Below the pieces are notes generated by a model, which did not search any database, was not told the origin of the DNA, and saw only the letters and a list, made by a program, of their open reading frames with translations. A stretch of DNA of 64,000 nt, from the NCBI GenBank assembly GCA_040386275.1, contig JAZKFU010000011.1, forward strand, positions 1,383 through 65,382, written 5' to 3'. The position numbers and the translations under genes are program-made. Below, piece after piece: positions 30,161 through 40,472 of this stretch. Position 1 is the first letter of the stretch. The number at the start of each line of letters is the position of its first letter. The DNA is from Patescibacteria group bacterium. GTDB taxonomy: Bacteria > Patescibacteriota > Minisyncoccia > Phycocordibacterales > UBA918.

Positions 30161-33100
30161 CTACTCGCGGTCGATGCGCGTTGCGCCTCCCTGGAGATTC
30201 TGCATCATCTCATACTTCCGACTCCCCTTAAATCCTGATCCAGCTGGAATAAGTTTTCCGATGATCACGTTTTCCATTAGACCGGCGAGATTATCTTCAC
30301 TACCGCGAACGGCGGCGTTAATAAGTACGCGGGTGGTGTTTTGGAAGGACGCTGCTGAGAGGAAACTCTTTCGTGAGAGAGAGGTTTCGGTGATTCCGAG
30401 AATCAGACGATCCGCTTTGGCTACTTCTTTACCGTCAGCTTTCAACTTGTTGTTCGCTTCGATAAAGATCCATTCTTCTACCACGTCTCCGTTTGTGAAG
30501 TGACTGTCGCCAGTACTATTTACTTTCACGCGAGACATCATTTGCTTCACGATAAGTTCAATGTGTTTGCGCGCAATCGTTACTCCTTGAAGTTCGTAAA
30601 TCTTGTTTACTTCAGAAATGATGTATTCCTGAGCCACTTCTTGACCACCAAATTTAAAGAGTTCTGGTAGTAACGCTGATCCATCAGTGAGGAGTTGTCC
30701 TGAGATAACCGTCTCACCTTTGTTTACGATTACCTGACGACGGTAGTGTACTGGGTATTCAATGTTGTCTTTCTTCTTTGGAGCGCCCTTTGCGTTCATA
30801 TCAGGAGAGACTACGATGATTTTTTCGCGACCTTCAGTTCGAATATCAACCACCAGTCCTTCGCATTTACTCACGATAGCAGGCACCTTTGGTTGACGCT
30901 TTTCAAATACTTCTTCTACACGAGGAAGACCTGAAGTAACGTCTCCGCCTGCTGAGGCTGTACCTCCCGCGTGCTTGGTGTTCATGGTTAGCTGTGTTCC
31001 TGGTTCCCCAATCGCTTGGGCGGCTACCGTTCCTACTGCTTCACCAATGTCGATGAGTTGGTTGGTAGTAAGGTCAATACCGTAACACTTCTGACACACA
31101 CCACGAAGGGTTTTACAGGTCATTGGTGAACGTACTTCAACCATAGGACAGGTTGAGCCTTCTACTGCAATCGCGTCACGTCGTGAAAGCAAGTGTCCTT
31201 TCGGGAAGATTACATTGCCTTTACTATCAATCGCGTCTTGAGAGAGTATACGTCCCTTAATCGCTTTACTAAAGGCAATTTCAATACCAGACGCACTGAT
31301 GCGACCAATCTTGGTACCGTCTTTTGTTTTACAATCAATTTCCGTAACAATCGCATCTTGCGCAACTACGAAGAGACGTCGAGTAAGGTACCCGGCTTTC
31401 GCAGTTTGAAGCGCCGTGTCGGCGAGCCCCTTTCGAGAACCGTGAGTCGTGTTGAAGTATTCAATTGGCGTCATTCCTTCCTTCATAGAAGAAAGAATTG
31501 GGAATTCCAATGTTTCACCTCGAGTGTTAACAATAAGACCCTTCATACCCGCCATCTGGGCAATCTGACCCAAAGATCCTCGAGCACCAGACTTCCACAT
31601 TTCGTAGGCAGAACCGTTTTCATCAAGTGTCTGTGGAAGTACTTTTTCAATTTCAGTTTTCGCTCGGTGCCAGATAGACACAATCATGCGACGACGTTCA
31701 TCGCGAGAAATAAGTCCTTCATCGTAAAAGGCAAAGGCACGTCGCTCTTCTTCACGTGACGCTTCCACGATAGCTGCTTTTTCTTTTGGTACTTTTACTT
31801 CATCAATACCCCAGGTTGTTCCTGATTGCGTCGCGTACTTGAATCCAAGCTTCTTAAGCTTGTCGACAATAGCCGGTACCGCTTCTGGACCACGGTCGTC
31901 GATGATGTCGATAATCACATCAAACATCATGCGCTGTACCACAACATCGTTAATGAAGAGGTGGTCTGATGGAAGCACACTGTTGAACAAGAGTCGTCCA
32001 ACGGTTGTTTCAAATACCTTACCTTCAAATTGTTTGTATTTCTCAGTATCAGTAGCCAGTACTTTAACCATGGCACGGAAGTCGATAACACCGTAGTCGT
32101 ACGCGTTAATAGCATCGTTTGGTGAGGCAAAGAATTTTCCTTCACCTAACGCACCCTTTACTACTTTCGTCATCCAGTACGCTCCCAAGGCCATATCAAG
32201 TAGCTTTTCAGATACTACCGGTTCTGCTGATCCTGGCTTAAGAATGTTCTTGTTCGCAGAGATCATTTCACGAGCTTCCAACTGTGCTTCTTCTCCTAGT
32301 GGTACGTGTACCGCCATCTGGTCCCCGTCGAAGTCGGCGTTAAACGCACGACACACGAGTGGGTGCACCTGAATCGCATTACCTTCAATCAATACTGGAC
32401 GGAAGGCTTGGATACCCTGACGGTGCAGTGTAGGCGCACGGTTAAGTAACACGTGCTTGTGCTTAATAATATTTTCCAAAATTGCCCACACTTCTGGCAC
32501 TCCGTCTTCAATGAGACGACCCGCTCCACGAATGTTGTATGCCAGCTCTTGTTTCAAGAGTTCAGCAATGACAAACGGACGGAAGAGTTCAAGCGCCATG
32601 TGCTTTGGAAGACCACATTGATCAAGGAGCAAGTCCGGACCAATTACAATTACCGATCGTCCTGAATAGTCCACACGCTTTCCAAGCAAGTTTTGACGGA
32701 AGTATCCTTGTTTTGACTTTAGGTAGTCAGACAATGATTTAAGCGGTCGACGTTGTGCTTGACCCATCGCTGAGTACGCAGCGTTCCCATGACGGATTGA
32801 GTTGTCGATAAGTGCGTCTACCGCTTCTTGCAAGATACGCTTTTCGTTACGCAAGATAACGTCAGGAGCCATAATATCAATCAGTTTCTTCAACCGATTG
32901 TTACGGTTAATCACGCGACGATAGAGGTCGTTCAGGTCAGATGACGCGTGACGTCCACCTTCGAGCGCTACCATTGGACGAATCGCTGGTGGGATAACCG
33001 GGATACGTGTGAGGAACATCCATTCTGGTTTTACACCAGCGTGAATCATTCCACGTACCAATGAGAGTCGCTTGTCGAGTTTGGCTCGTTCCATTGCCCC

Positions 33101-33844
33101 AGCTGTTTCTCGTTCAGTTTCAAGACGAGCCAATAGTTTTGGCATGTCGATGTTTTTGAAGAGTTCGTAAATTGATTCAGCACCAATCTTCGCCTCAAAC
33201 AAGGTACTGTATTTAACAGAGTATTTGTGGAAGGTAGTTTCATCAAGCACAATTCCCTGCGCGATTTTTTCAATCTCGTGCTTCATGTCTTCCATTCGTA
33301 CCTTAAGTGCCTCTTTTGCATCTTCGTTTTGGAGATCCTTAAGCTTGGCTTTAAATTCAGTATCAAGAGCTTTGAGGAGTCGTCCTCGTTCGTCTTCACT
33401 TACTTTAGTAACGATGTACCCCGCAAAGTAAATTACTTTTTCAATTGACGCAGCGGTGATTCCGAGAATCAACGCGATACGTGATGGTACTCCACGAAGG
33501 AACCAAATGTGAGACACCGGTACACATAAATCAATGTGGCCCATGCGTTCACGACGCACAATTGCGCGAGTAACTTCTACTCCACACTTCTCACAGACGA
33601 TACCTTTGTAACGAATACCGCGGTATTTTTTACAAGAACACTCATAGTCTTCTACTGGTCCAAAGATTCGTTCGTCAAAGAGACCATGCTTTTCAGGGCG
33701 TTGGGTTCGGTAGTTGATGGTCTCAGGCTTGGTAACTTCGCCGTATGACCACTCAAGAATTGTTTCTGGAGAAGCAAGTTTAAGACCAATCTCAGTAAAC
33801 TGATTTGGAGTCAAAGCTGGCTTCTTAGGTGAAAATGTTGACAT
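30161..33844 (-). CDS. rpoC: RNA polymerase beta' subunit
   Basis: [12 protein letters not shown] catalytic motif, zinc-binding Cys, [12 protein letters not shown]. Confidence 0.98.
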   Translation of the reverse strand: MSTFSPKKPALTPNQFTEIGLKLASPETILEWSYGEVTKPETINYRTQRPEKHGLFDERIFGPVEDYECSCKKYRGIRYKGIVCEKCGVEVTRAIVRRERMGHIDLCVPVSHIWFLRGVPSRIALILGITAASIEKVIYFAGYIVTKVSEDERGRLLKALDTEFKAKLKDLQNEDAKEALKVRMEDMKHEIEKIAQGIVLDETTFHKYSVKYSTLFEAKIGAESIYELFKNIDMPKLLARLETERETAGAMERAKLDKRLSLVRGMIHAGVKPEWMFLTRIPVIPPAIRPMVALEGGRHASSDLNDLYRRVINRNNRLKKLIDIMAPDVILRNEKRILQEAVDALIDNSIRHGNAAYSAMGQAQRRPLKSLSDYLKSKQGYFRQNLLGKRVDYSGRSVIVIGPDLLLDQCGLPKHMALELFRPFVIAELLKQELAYNIRGAGRLIEDGVPEVWAILENIIKHKHVLLNRAPTLHRQGIQAFRPVLIEGNAIQVHPLVCRAFNADFDGDQMAVHVPLGEEAQLEAREMISANKNILKPGSAEPVVSEKLLDMALGAYWMTKVVKGALGEGKFFASPNDAINAYDYGVIDFRAMVKVLATDTEKYKQFEGKVFETTVGRLLFNSVLPSDHLFINDVVVQRMMFDVIIDIIDDRGPEAVPAIVDKLKKLGFKYATQSGTTWGIDEVKVPKEKAAIVEASREEERRAFAFYDEGLISRDERRRMIVSIWHRAKTEIEKVLPQTLDENGSAYEMWKSGARGSLGQIAQMAGMKGLIVNTRGETLEFPILSSMKEGMTPIEYFNTTHGSRKGLADTALQTAKAGYLTRRLFVVAQDAIVTEIDCKTKDGTKIGRISASGIEIAFSKAIKGRILSQDAIDSKGNVIFPKGHLLSRRDAIAVEGSTCPMVEVRSPMTCKTLRGVCQKCYGIDLTTNQLIDIGEAVGTVAAQAIGEPGTQLTMNTKHAGGTASAGGDVTSGLPRVEEVFEKRQPKVPAIVSKCEGLVVDIRTEGREKIIVVSPDMNAKGAPKKKDNIEYPVHYRRQVIVNKGETVISGQLLTDGSALLPELFKFGGQEVAQEYIISEVNKIYELQGVTIARKHIELIVKQMMSRVKVNSTGDSHFTNGDVVEEWIFIEANNKLKADGKEVAKADRLILGITETSLSRKSFLSAASFQNTTRVLINAAVRGSEDNLAGLMENVIIGKLIPAGSGFKGSRKYEMMQNLQGGATRIDRE

Positions 33845-33857
33845 ATACGACTAAAAA

Positions 33858-36800
33858 TTATGCAGGCTCATAAGACGACTCTTCTCTGTCTCTTCGTGGT
33901 CGAACTGGTTCATCTTTGGTCAAACGTACGTCAAGTGCGAGTCCTCGCAATTGATTCACGAGTACGTTAAACGCAGCTGGTGTGTGTGGGTGACCAATCT
34001 TTTCACCGCGCACAATAGAGTCGAAAGCCGCTGATCGTCCGACGATATCGTCTGACTTAATAGTAAGCATTTCTCGTAGTGTATAGGCAGCACCGTAACC
34101 TAAGAGTGCCCACACTTCCATTTCTCCAAAGCGCTGTCCTCCCACCTGTGCCTTTCCTCCGAGTGGTTGTTGGGTAATCAAAGAGTACGGACCAATCGAT
34201 CGCATGTGGATCTTGTCCTCAACCATGTGGTGGAGTTTAAGGATATACATCATCCCCACTGCGGTGCGTTGTGCAAACGGATCTCCCGTTCGTCCATCAC
34301 GGAGTTGGATTTTACCGTCTTCAGGCAAGCCTGCTTTAACGAGCTCAGCTTTTACATGCGTCTCACTGGCTCCCGCAAATGGTGGCACGATAGCTTGGTA
34401 CCCAAGAGTGTTAGCAGCCATACCTAAGTGAAGCTCGAGGATCTGACCCAAGTTCATACGAGATGGTACCCCCAGTGGTGTAAGCAAGATATCAATTGGG
34501 CGTCCGTCTTCGGTGTACGGCATATCTTCCTCAGGAAGAATGCGAGAAATAACTCCCTTGTTACCGTGACGTCCAGCCAACTTGTCTCCCACTGAAATGT
34601 TACGCACTTGTGCAACCGTTACGTGGATTCGCTTGATCACGCCACTTTCTAGTTGGTCTCCGTTTTCTCGTGAGAAGATTTTTACTCCAATCACCCGACC
34701 ACGCTTCCCAGCTTCGAGTCGTAGTGACGTATCTTTAACATCTTTCGCTTTTTCACCAAAGATAGAGCGAAGAAGTCGTTCTTCGGGAGTGAGTTGTGTT
34801 TCACCTTTTGGTGTTACTTTACCAACCAAAATGTCTCCCGGACGTACTTCCGCACCGATGCGGATGATTCCGTTTTCATCAAGATTACGGAGTTTCATTT
34901 CTGAAACGTTCGGAATATCAGCTGAAGTTACTTCGGGGCCTAACTTCGTATCACGGACCGATACTTCAAGTTCATCCATGTGGATACTGGCAAACTTACT
35001 CTTTTTAACGAGACGTTCAGAAATAACAATCGCGTCTTCGTAGTTCGCACCGTTCCAACTCATAAATGCTACCAAAGCATTTTGTCCTACCGCGAGCTGA
35101 CCTTGGTCAGTTGACGTAGTGTCTGCAAGTAAGTCACCACGTTTGACCGTAGCACCAACCGTTACGGCTGGGCGGTGGTAAAATGCAGAAAAGTCGTTTG
35201 TTCGCTTGAGGGTTGTCAGTGGATATTCTTTCTTCTTCCCTTCTTTGTTTTTCACCACGATGTGTTGGGCGTCACATTCCACTACTTCTCCCGCTTCAAG
35301 CGCGTACACTACACGTCCAGTATCGCGAGCAGCTACCGCTTCAACTCCTGTGGCCACAATTGGCGCCTCAGCAATGAGACATGGAGTTGATTGTTTCTGC
35401 ATGTTTGAACCCATCAAAGTACGGTTCGCATCGTCGTGGTTCAAAAACGGAATCATTGACGTCGCAATTGAGAACGCTTGGTTCGTTGCAATATCCATGT
35501 ACTCAATATCTTTTCGAGGTACGGTTCGTGGATCACCCTTTTTACGGGCTTCAACGAGTTCGTTAACAATCTTGCCTTTAGCATCAATTTCTACCGCTGC
35601 GTGTGCAATGGTGTACTTTTCTTCTTCGTGAGCGTTCATGTACGTTACTTCACCCGTTACTACACCTTTCTCAACTTTAACGTATGGAGTTTCGATAATA
35701 CCAAACCGGTTTACCTTGGCATACATTGAGAGACGGAGAATCAAACCAATGTTTGGTCCTTCTGGAGTGTGGATTGGACAAAGTCGGCCGTAGTGACTGG
35801 TGTGTACGTCACGCACTTCAAAACCAGCGCGTTCACGCGTAAGACCGCCGGGTCCAAGCGCAGACAAAGTCCGCAAGTGCTCGATTTCCGCGAGGTTGTT
35901 TTGTTGTTGTGAGAATTGTGAAAGTTGGTTGGTACTGAAAAATTCTTTGATAGCCGCTTGCAGTGGTCGTGGGTTTAAGATCTGCATTGGGAGTGACGTT
36001 TCCGCCTCAATCGTAGACATACGATCTTGAATGTTTCGCTTCATACGGGTCATACCCACACGAACACGTTGTTGCAACATTTCTCCAAAGTACCGTACGC
36101 GACGGAAACCAAGGTGGTCAATATCGTCAGGTAACGCCATCACGTCATGGTTCATGACCACAATGTTCGTCAAAATAAGACGGAGGTCTTCAATGGCGAT
36201 AGTTCGTTCGTCAGTCGCTTTTTTATCAATTGGACGTCCGTATCGTTCATTAAAGTGATGTCGTCCAATTTCAGAAAGGTCGTATCGTTCAGGAGAAAAG
36301 AGTGAACGAACAAATTCCTTAGCTGAATCAACCGTAGCCAAATCACCGTCGCGCAGACGCTTGTAGATTTCGATAAATGATTCATCAACTGATTTAGCAG
36401 GGTCTTTTGCGATAGTTGCCTTCATGTACTCTTCACCACGCTCAACACCCTTCATCAGTTCAATCATGTCCTTTTCTTTTTCTACACCCATCACGCGCAA
36501 GAGTGAAGAAATGGGGAATTTCTTCTTGCGGTCGATTTTAACGTAGATAACACCATCAACATCAGATTCAATTTCAACCCAGGCTCCACGAGCAGGGATG
36601 ATTTTGGCACCAAACATAGTGCGTCCTTTTACTTCGTTAGCGGTAAAGAAAATACCGTATGAGCGCGCGAGTTGGGGTACAATCACGCGTTCAACACCGT
36701 TAATAATGAACGTTCCGTTTTCGGTCATCACGGGCATGTCAGCCAAAAACATTTCTTGATCCTTTTCACTTTCAAAGGTTTTGTTCTTCAAAATTACCTG

Positions 36801-37094
36801 GGCGCGCAGCGGGGCGTCGTAGGTCAATTTATTTTCTTTCGCGTACTCTGGTGTACATTTGGGTTCACCAAGTTCGTACTTTTTAAATTTAAGCTCAAAC
36901 TTCTTTTCTGAGTAGTCAGTAATCGGTGAAAACTCAGTAAAAATCTCCCGCAGTGCAGTTTCGACAAACCATTTAAATGACTCGCGTTGCGGTTCAATCA
37001 AGTCAGGCACTTCAATCATTGGCGCTGGCGCAATGGAGAAGATTTTCTTCGGCATCGCTCCGGTTGAAGCGTACTCGTCTGCTTTAAATTGCAT
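33858..37094 (-). CDS. rpoB: RNA polymerase beta subunit (compact, 1078 aa)
   Basis: GDKLAGRHGNKG, GGQRFGEME, TPEGPNIGL. Confidence 0.98.
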   Translation of the reverse strand: MQFKADEYASTGAMPKKIFSIAPAPMIEVPDLIEPQRESFKWFVETALREIFTEFSPITDYSEKKFELKFKKYELGEPKCTPEYAKENKLTYDAPLRAQVILKNKTFESEKDQEMFLADMPVMTENGTFIINGVERVIVPQLARSYGIFFTANEVKGRTMFGAKIIPARGAWVEIESDVDGVIYVKIDRKKKFPISSLLRVMGVEKEKDMIELMKGVERGEEYMKATIAKDPAKSVDESFIEIYKRLRDGDLATVDSAKEFVRSLFSPERYDLSEIGRHHFNERYGRPIDKKATDERTIAIEDLRLILTNIVVMNHDVMALPDDIDHLGFRRVRYFGEMLQQRVRVGMTRMKRNIQDRMSTIEAETSLPMQILNPRPLQAAIKEFFSTNQLSQFSQQQNNLAEIEHLRTLSALGPGGLTRERAGFEVRDVHTSHYGRLCPIHTPEGPNIGLILRLSMYAKVNRFGIIETPYVKVEKGVVTGEVTYMNAHEEEKYTIAHAAVEIDAKGKIVNELVEARKKGDPRTVPRKDIEYMDIATNQAFSIATSMIPFLNHDDANRTLMGSNMQKQSTPCLIAEAPIVATGVEAVAARDTGRVVYALEAGEVVECDAQHIVVKNKEGKKKEYPLTTLKRTNDFSAFYHRPAVTVGATVKRGDLLADTTSTDQGQLAVGQNALVAFMSWNGANYEDAIVISERLVKKSKFASIHMDELEVSVRDTKLGPEVTSADIPNVSEMKLRNLDENGIIRIGAEVRPGDILVGKVTPKGETQLTPEERLLRSIFGEKAKDVKDTSLRLEAGKRGRVIGVKIFSRENGDQLESGVIKRIHVTVAQVRNISVGDKLAGRHGNKGVISRILPEEDMPYTEDGRPIDILLTPLGVPSRMNLGQILELHLGMAANTLGYQAIVPPFAGASETHVKAELVKAGLPEDGKIQLRDGRTGDPFAQRTAVGMMYILKLHHMVEDKIHMRSIGPYSLITQQPLGGKAQVGGQRFGEMEVWALLGYGAAYTLREMLTIKSDDIVGRSAAFDSIVRGEKIGHPHTPAAFNVLVNQLRGLALDVRLTKDEPVRPRRDREESSYEPA

Positions 37095-37275
37095 ATATAA
37101 CTATGATTACTTTTTGGTAGAAAAGCCAGACAGCAAAATCAACACACACTGGTGTTTTCTTTTACGGCTTGCTTTTTTACCCTATTAATATCGACATCAC
37201 TACCCCCTGTGATTACCCCGCGATATATCTCCTCTAGCCATAACACAGTCGAGACCTGTTCACGTTTGTGCCGGG

Positions 37276-37304
37276 ATTATATCAGACAAGGCTAAATCGC
37301 GCAA
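37276..37304 (-). promoter_or_regulatory. rpoBC promoter
   Basis: Minus strand TTGCGC-17 nt-TATAAT, giving a ~175-nt 5' leader. Confidence 0.6.
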
Positions 37305-37398
37305 CCAGAACCTCTTGGTAGCCCTTTTGTCTAGCTTGACAAAAAATAACTTTTAAGTCTAAATGTATTAAATCGTTCCCCCAACAGAGAGATGGTCA

Positions 37399-37851
37399 AT
37401 GAAAACCTATCGTTTCAATCCCCTCCAGACTAAAGACATGGCTGTCGAACTCATTTCTTGGCTTAGATACAGTGGCGCTAACGGACAACATGAGTTTGTC
37501 GAAGGGTTTATCACAATGTACACCCCTCTGACACATTCAACAGTTACCCCTGATATTGCTGACTTGTATGGAATTGAAATCAAGGAACCTATCGAACAGA
37601 GGTTGATCAAAATTCAGAAACCTCTCAGCAGATCCAGGTTCATACGCAAAAATGCCCATTATAGCTGGATATCGATTCCAACAGATATGTGCCTGAGCTT
37701 CAACTACGTTTTGCAACATGGTCGAAGCAACGTCTTGTGCACCAAAAAAGGCGACAATTTGTGGCATGTTGATATCGAAATTGCTACTGGAGAAGGTATC
37801 CCACTACCACTCTATCGGACATGGAGATACTTTGAACCGCTCGCAACATAA
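37399..37851 (+). CDS. Hypothetical protein (ORFan)
   Basis: 150-aa ORF with TTGACA at 37336 and a GC-rich terminator hairpin at 37851-37886. Confidence 0.6.
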   Translation: MKTYRFNPLQTKDMAVELISWLRYSGANGQHEFVEGFITMYTPLTHSTVTPDIADLYGIEIKEPIEQRLIKIQKPLSRSRFIRKNAHYSWISIPTDMCLSFNYVLQHGRSNVLCTKKGDNLWHVDIEIATGEGIPLPLYRTWRYFEPLAT

Positions 37852-37953
37852 AACCCCCGAAGCTCCCCCGGAGCATTTCGGGGGTTGTTCTTTTTAAAAT
37901 CAAAACACTATCATATAGGATAGTGAATTTTAATTTTCAATATTCCATTTTCC

Positions 37954-38640
37954 CTATTCTCTATTTTTGCGCCACTTTTCTATCTCAGCATGATTACCAT
38001 TAAGTAACACTACAGGAACTGGATATTTTTTCTTTTTATAAACCAATACATCTGGACGTGTAAACGTTACACCTTCAGTTGCCCTATCATCCTCAAGTGA
38101 ATCAAATGTTCCGAGCACTCCGGGTATTTGCCGAGAGACACTGTCGATAATGGTGAGAGCAGGTAATTCCCCACCCGTGAGGACATAGTCCCCGACTGAC
38201 ACCTCTTCAGCACCCAAAACTTCTTTGACCCGCGCATCAATACCTTCGTAGCGACCAGAGATTAACACCAAATGATCATATTCATCCGCCAATTGTTTAG
38301 CAATAGCATTTGAAAAAACAGTTCCGCGTGGTGACATGATTAGCGTCTTTATCTTACCCGCCTTCAAGGAGGAGGTCTTGCCTCCGACTGCCTTTTGCCA
38401 GGCTTTTAGAATTGGTTCGGCTATCATTACCATTCCCGGTCCACCACCATATGGTCGCTCGTCAACTTTTTTATGTTTGTCTGTCGAGAAATCACGCGGG
38501 TTGTAATAGGACACATCAATTTGTTTCCCCTTCACCTTAGCCCCCTTCCCCTTCTCCACCTTTTGCGCCCGCCCTAAAATACTTGCATTAGTGTAGGCAA
38601 GGCAAACTTCTGGGAATAATGTAATAACGTGGAAATGCAT
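37954..38640 (-). CDS. trmD: tRNA (guanine37-N1)-methyltransferase
   Basis: ITLFPE, DERPYGGGPGMV, GRYEGIDAR, GDYVLTGGE, LLNGNHAEI. Confidence 0.96.
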   Translation of the reverse strand: MHFHVITLFPEVCLAYTNASILGRAQKVEKGKGAKVKGKQIDVSYYNPRDFSTDKHKKVDERPYGGGPGMVMIAEPILKAWQKAVGGKTSSLKAGKIKTLIMSPRGTVFSNAIAKQLADEYDHLVLISGRYEGIDARVKEVLGAEEVSVGDYVLTGGELPALTIIDSVSRQIPGVLGTFDSLEDDRATEGVTFTRPDVLVYKKKKYPVPVVLLNGNHAEIEKWRKNRE

Positions 38641-38643
38641 AAA

Positions 38644-39075
38644 TTAAATAAGCTCTGTTTTATAAAATGAAAGATTTTTTTCCACTACAGAGTGCAGCGG
38701 CTCAGGTAAACTATCGAGCGTAAACCAGCCAATTTCTTCTTTTTTATCCGGTTCTGCATTAAAGACTGTATCTTTATCAACTAATACTTTATATCTAAAC
38801 GCAATCCAATGAGTTGGTTTGTCATCGTGGATTCTATGAACTTCTTCATGCCCGAGGTATGTATGCTCTAGCACATCAGCTCCATACTCTTCTTTAATTT
38901 CCCGCCGTAAACAATCTTCTATATTTTCACCAAACTTTAATCCGCCTCCCCCAAAATCCCACCGGCCGTGTTCATCACGACATGTTGCACTTCGCTTATG
39001 CAAAACATAATTACCGTTTCCATCATGGCAACGGAAAATAATAGTAATACCTGTGTAGTCGGTCCCTTTAACCAT
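38644..39075 (-). CDS. NUDIX hydrolase
   Basis: GGG..FGE....C..REIKEEYG Nudix box; NAEPDK motif. Confidence 0.88.
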   Translation of the reverse strand: MVKGTDYTGITIIFRCHDGNGNYVLHKRSATCRDEHGRWDFGGGGLKFGENIEDCLRREIKEEYGADVLEHTYLGHEEVHRIHDDKPTHWIAFRYKVLVDKDTVFNAEPDKKEEIGWFTLDSLPEPLHSVVEKNLSFYKTELI

Positions 39076-39143
39076 ATGTAAAAATCCTAGCACAAAACCA
39101 GCCGGAACCATAGGTTCCGACTGGTTTTGCTTCTTTGCATACT

Positions 39144-39267
39144 CCTGAATATTTAGGTTGAGTGAAGTGCTAGGAGTCTAGGAATTTTGTGAGGGAGACG
39201 TATACCTATACGTTGACCGAATAAAATTTCGTAACGACAACGCAATTTGCCAAACTAAATTTTCAGG
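39144..39267 (+). repeat. Family A structured repeat, copy A8
   Basis: Terminal stem CCTGAA.ATTTAG/CTAAAT.TTCAGG includes the last codons of khpA; core GAG-ACGTAT-ACCT-ATACGT-TGA. Confidence 0.8.
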
Positions 39268-39608
39268 TCGTCGATGGCTTCGTCTAGGGTCTTAGCACTT
39301 GGTGCTGCTACCATCCCCTCTTCTTGCATTGCTTCGCTCATATCGCGACTCATGCCTTTTCCACCTTCAGGTTCATTAATTTTAAGGTTAACGCGGGCAT
39401 CGTGCTTCATACCTACAACACGCAAGAGTGTTCGGATGGCTTTGGCTGTATTACCTGAACGACCGATAATTTTACCCATATCGTCCGCATGGACATCAAG
39501 CGTCAGGAGAACACCCATTTCATCTACGGTTCGATTAATTTTGACTGATTCTGGATTATCAACGAGAGATTTAACAAGACTCTCGAGAAAGATTTGATCT
39601 TCATGCAT
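39255..39608 (-). CDS. khpA: KH-domain RNA-binding protein (KhpA/YlqC)
   Basis: LVDNP, DMGKIIGRSG.TAKAIRTLL; located next to rpsP. Confidence 0.88.
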   Translation of the reverse strand: MHEDQIFLESLVKSLVDNPESVKINRTVDEMGVLLTLDVHADDMGKIIGRSGNTAKAIRTLLRVVGMKHDARVNLKINEPEGGKGMSRDMSEAMQEEGMVAAPSAKTLDEAIDDLKI

Positions 39609-39766
39609 ATCGTATTTTCGTGAACTGATAGTATTTCAATGGAATAAGCAATCGGGATACACTGTATCCAAGAGCTCTACCTATAGTATAGAGGAGTGAA
39701 TACCCCCGTCAACTAAAAATCGGGAACAAAGTTCCCGATTTTTAGTAAAAAGTTTTATAAAAAACC

Positions 39767-40225
39767 TTACGCTACAACTTCTTCTTTAACTTCTTCCGTA
39801 GCAACTTCAGCTACTTCTTCTTCTACTGGAGCGTTAGCGGCTGCTTCGGCTTCAGCGGCGGCTGCCTTTTCTGCCTCAATTGCTGCAAGACGGTCAGCTT
39901 CAGCTTTTTCTTTCGCTTCGGCTTCGGCCTTTAGTTTTGCTTCATCAATAATCGGAGATTTCTTTGGAAGAGCGTTTCGCTTCTTGCCTTCGATAATCTT
40001 TTGGCTTACGAGCATGTTATGGACGGTGTCAGAGGCTTGTACTCCTTGTGCCAACCATTGCTTTGCCTTTTCGCCGTTAATAGTAATTTGACCTAGTTTT
40101 GGGTTGTAATTACCAATCAAATCGATGGTTTTATTACTTTTTGTACTCGCTCGTTTATCAACCACCACCACGCGGTACGCGGGATTGTTTTTGCGGCCAA
40201 CTCGTTGTAATCGCATCATTAACAT
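39767..40225 (-). CDS. rpsP: 30S ribosomal protein S16 with an acidic/Ala-rich C-terminal extension
   Basis: MRLQRVGRKN.PAYRVVV.D.R, GNYNP, WLAQG.QASDTV. Confidence 0.95.
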   Translation of the reverse strand: MLMMRLQRVGRKNNPAYRVVVVDKRASTKSNKTIDLIGNYNPKLGQITINGEKAKQWLAQGVQASDTVHNMLVSQKIIEGKKRNALPKKSPIIDEAKLKAEAEAKEKAEADRLAAIEAEKAAAAEAEAAANAPVEEEVAEVATEEVKEEVVA

Positions 40226-40308
40226 AGTGCAGGGATATTATCAGATAAGACAGGTTTGGTCAATACAGCCAAACATTCAAATACTTGAGATTATTTAAGT
40301 TATCAACT

Positions 40309-40428
40309 AGGCTGGCTCCAGTGAGTGCAGTTCTAGGCGCTCAAGTAAAATAATCCGAGCCGTACTTTTTGTACGATGAGGGTTATTTTGCGCTGAGCAA
40401 CAACGAAATGCGCCGCTGGTGCCTGCCT
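40309..40428 (+). repeat. Family A structured repeat, copy A9
   Basis: Terminal stem AGGC.GGC.CCAGTG.GTGCA/TGCGC.CGCTGG.GCC.GCCT; core TTCTAGGC...GAG-CCGTAC-TTTTT-GTACGA-TGA...AACAACGAAATG. Confidence 0.85.
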
Positions 40429-40472
40429 TTCACAGTAGCAATTTAGATACGTCAATGGTAGTATTCTACGGC

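Noticed and set aside
39093-39129. Hairpin CAAAACCAG.CGGAACC/GGTTCCG.CTGGTTTTG as a novel element
   Set aside because: Consistent with an ordinary terminator downstream of khpA; single copy.
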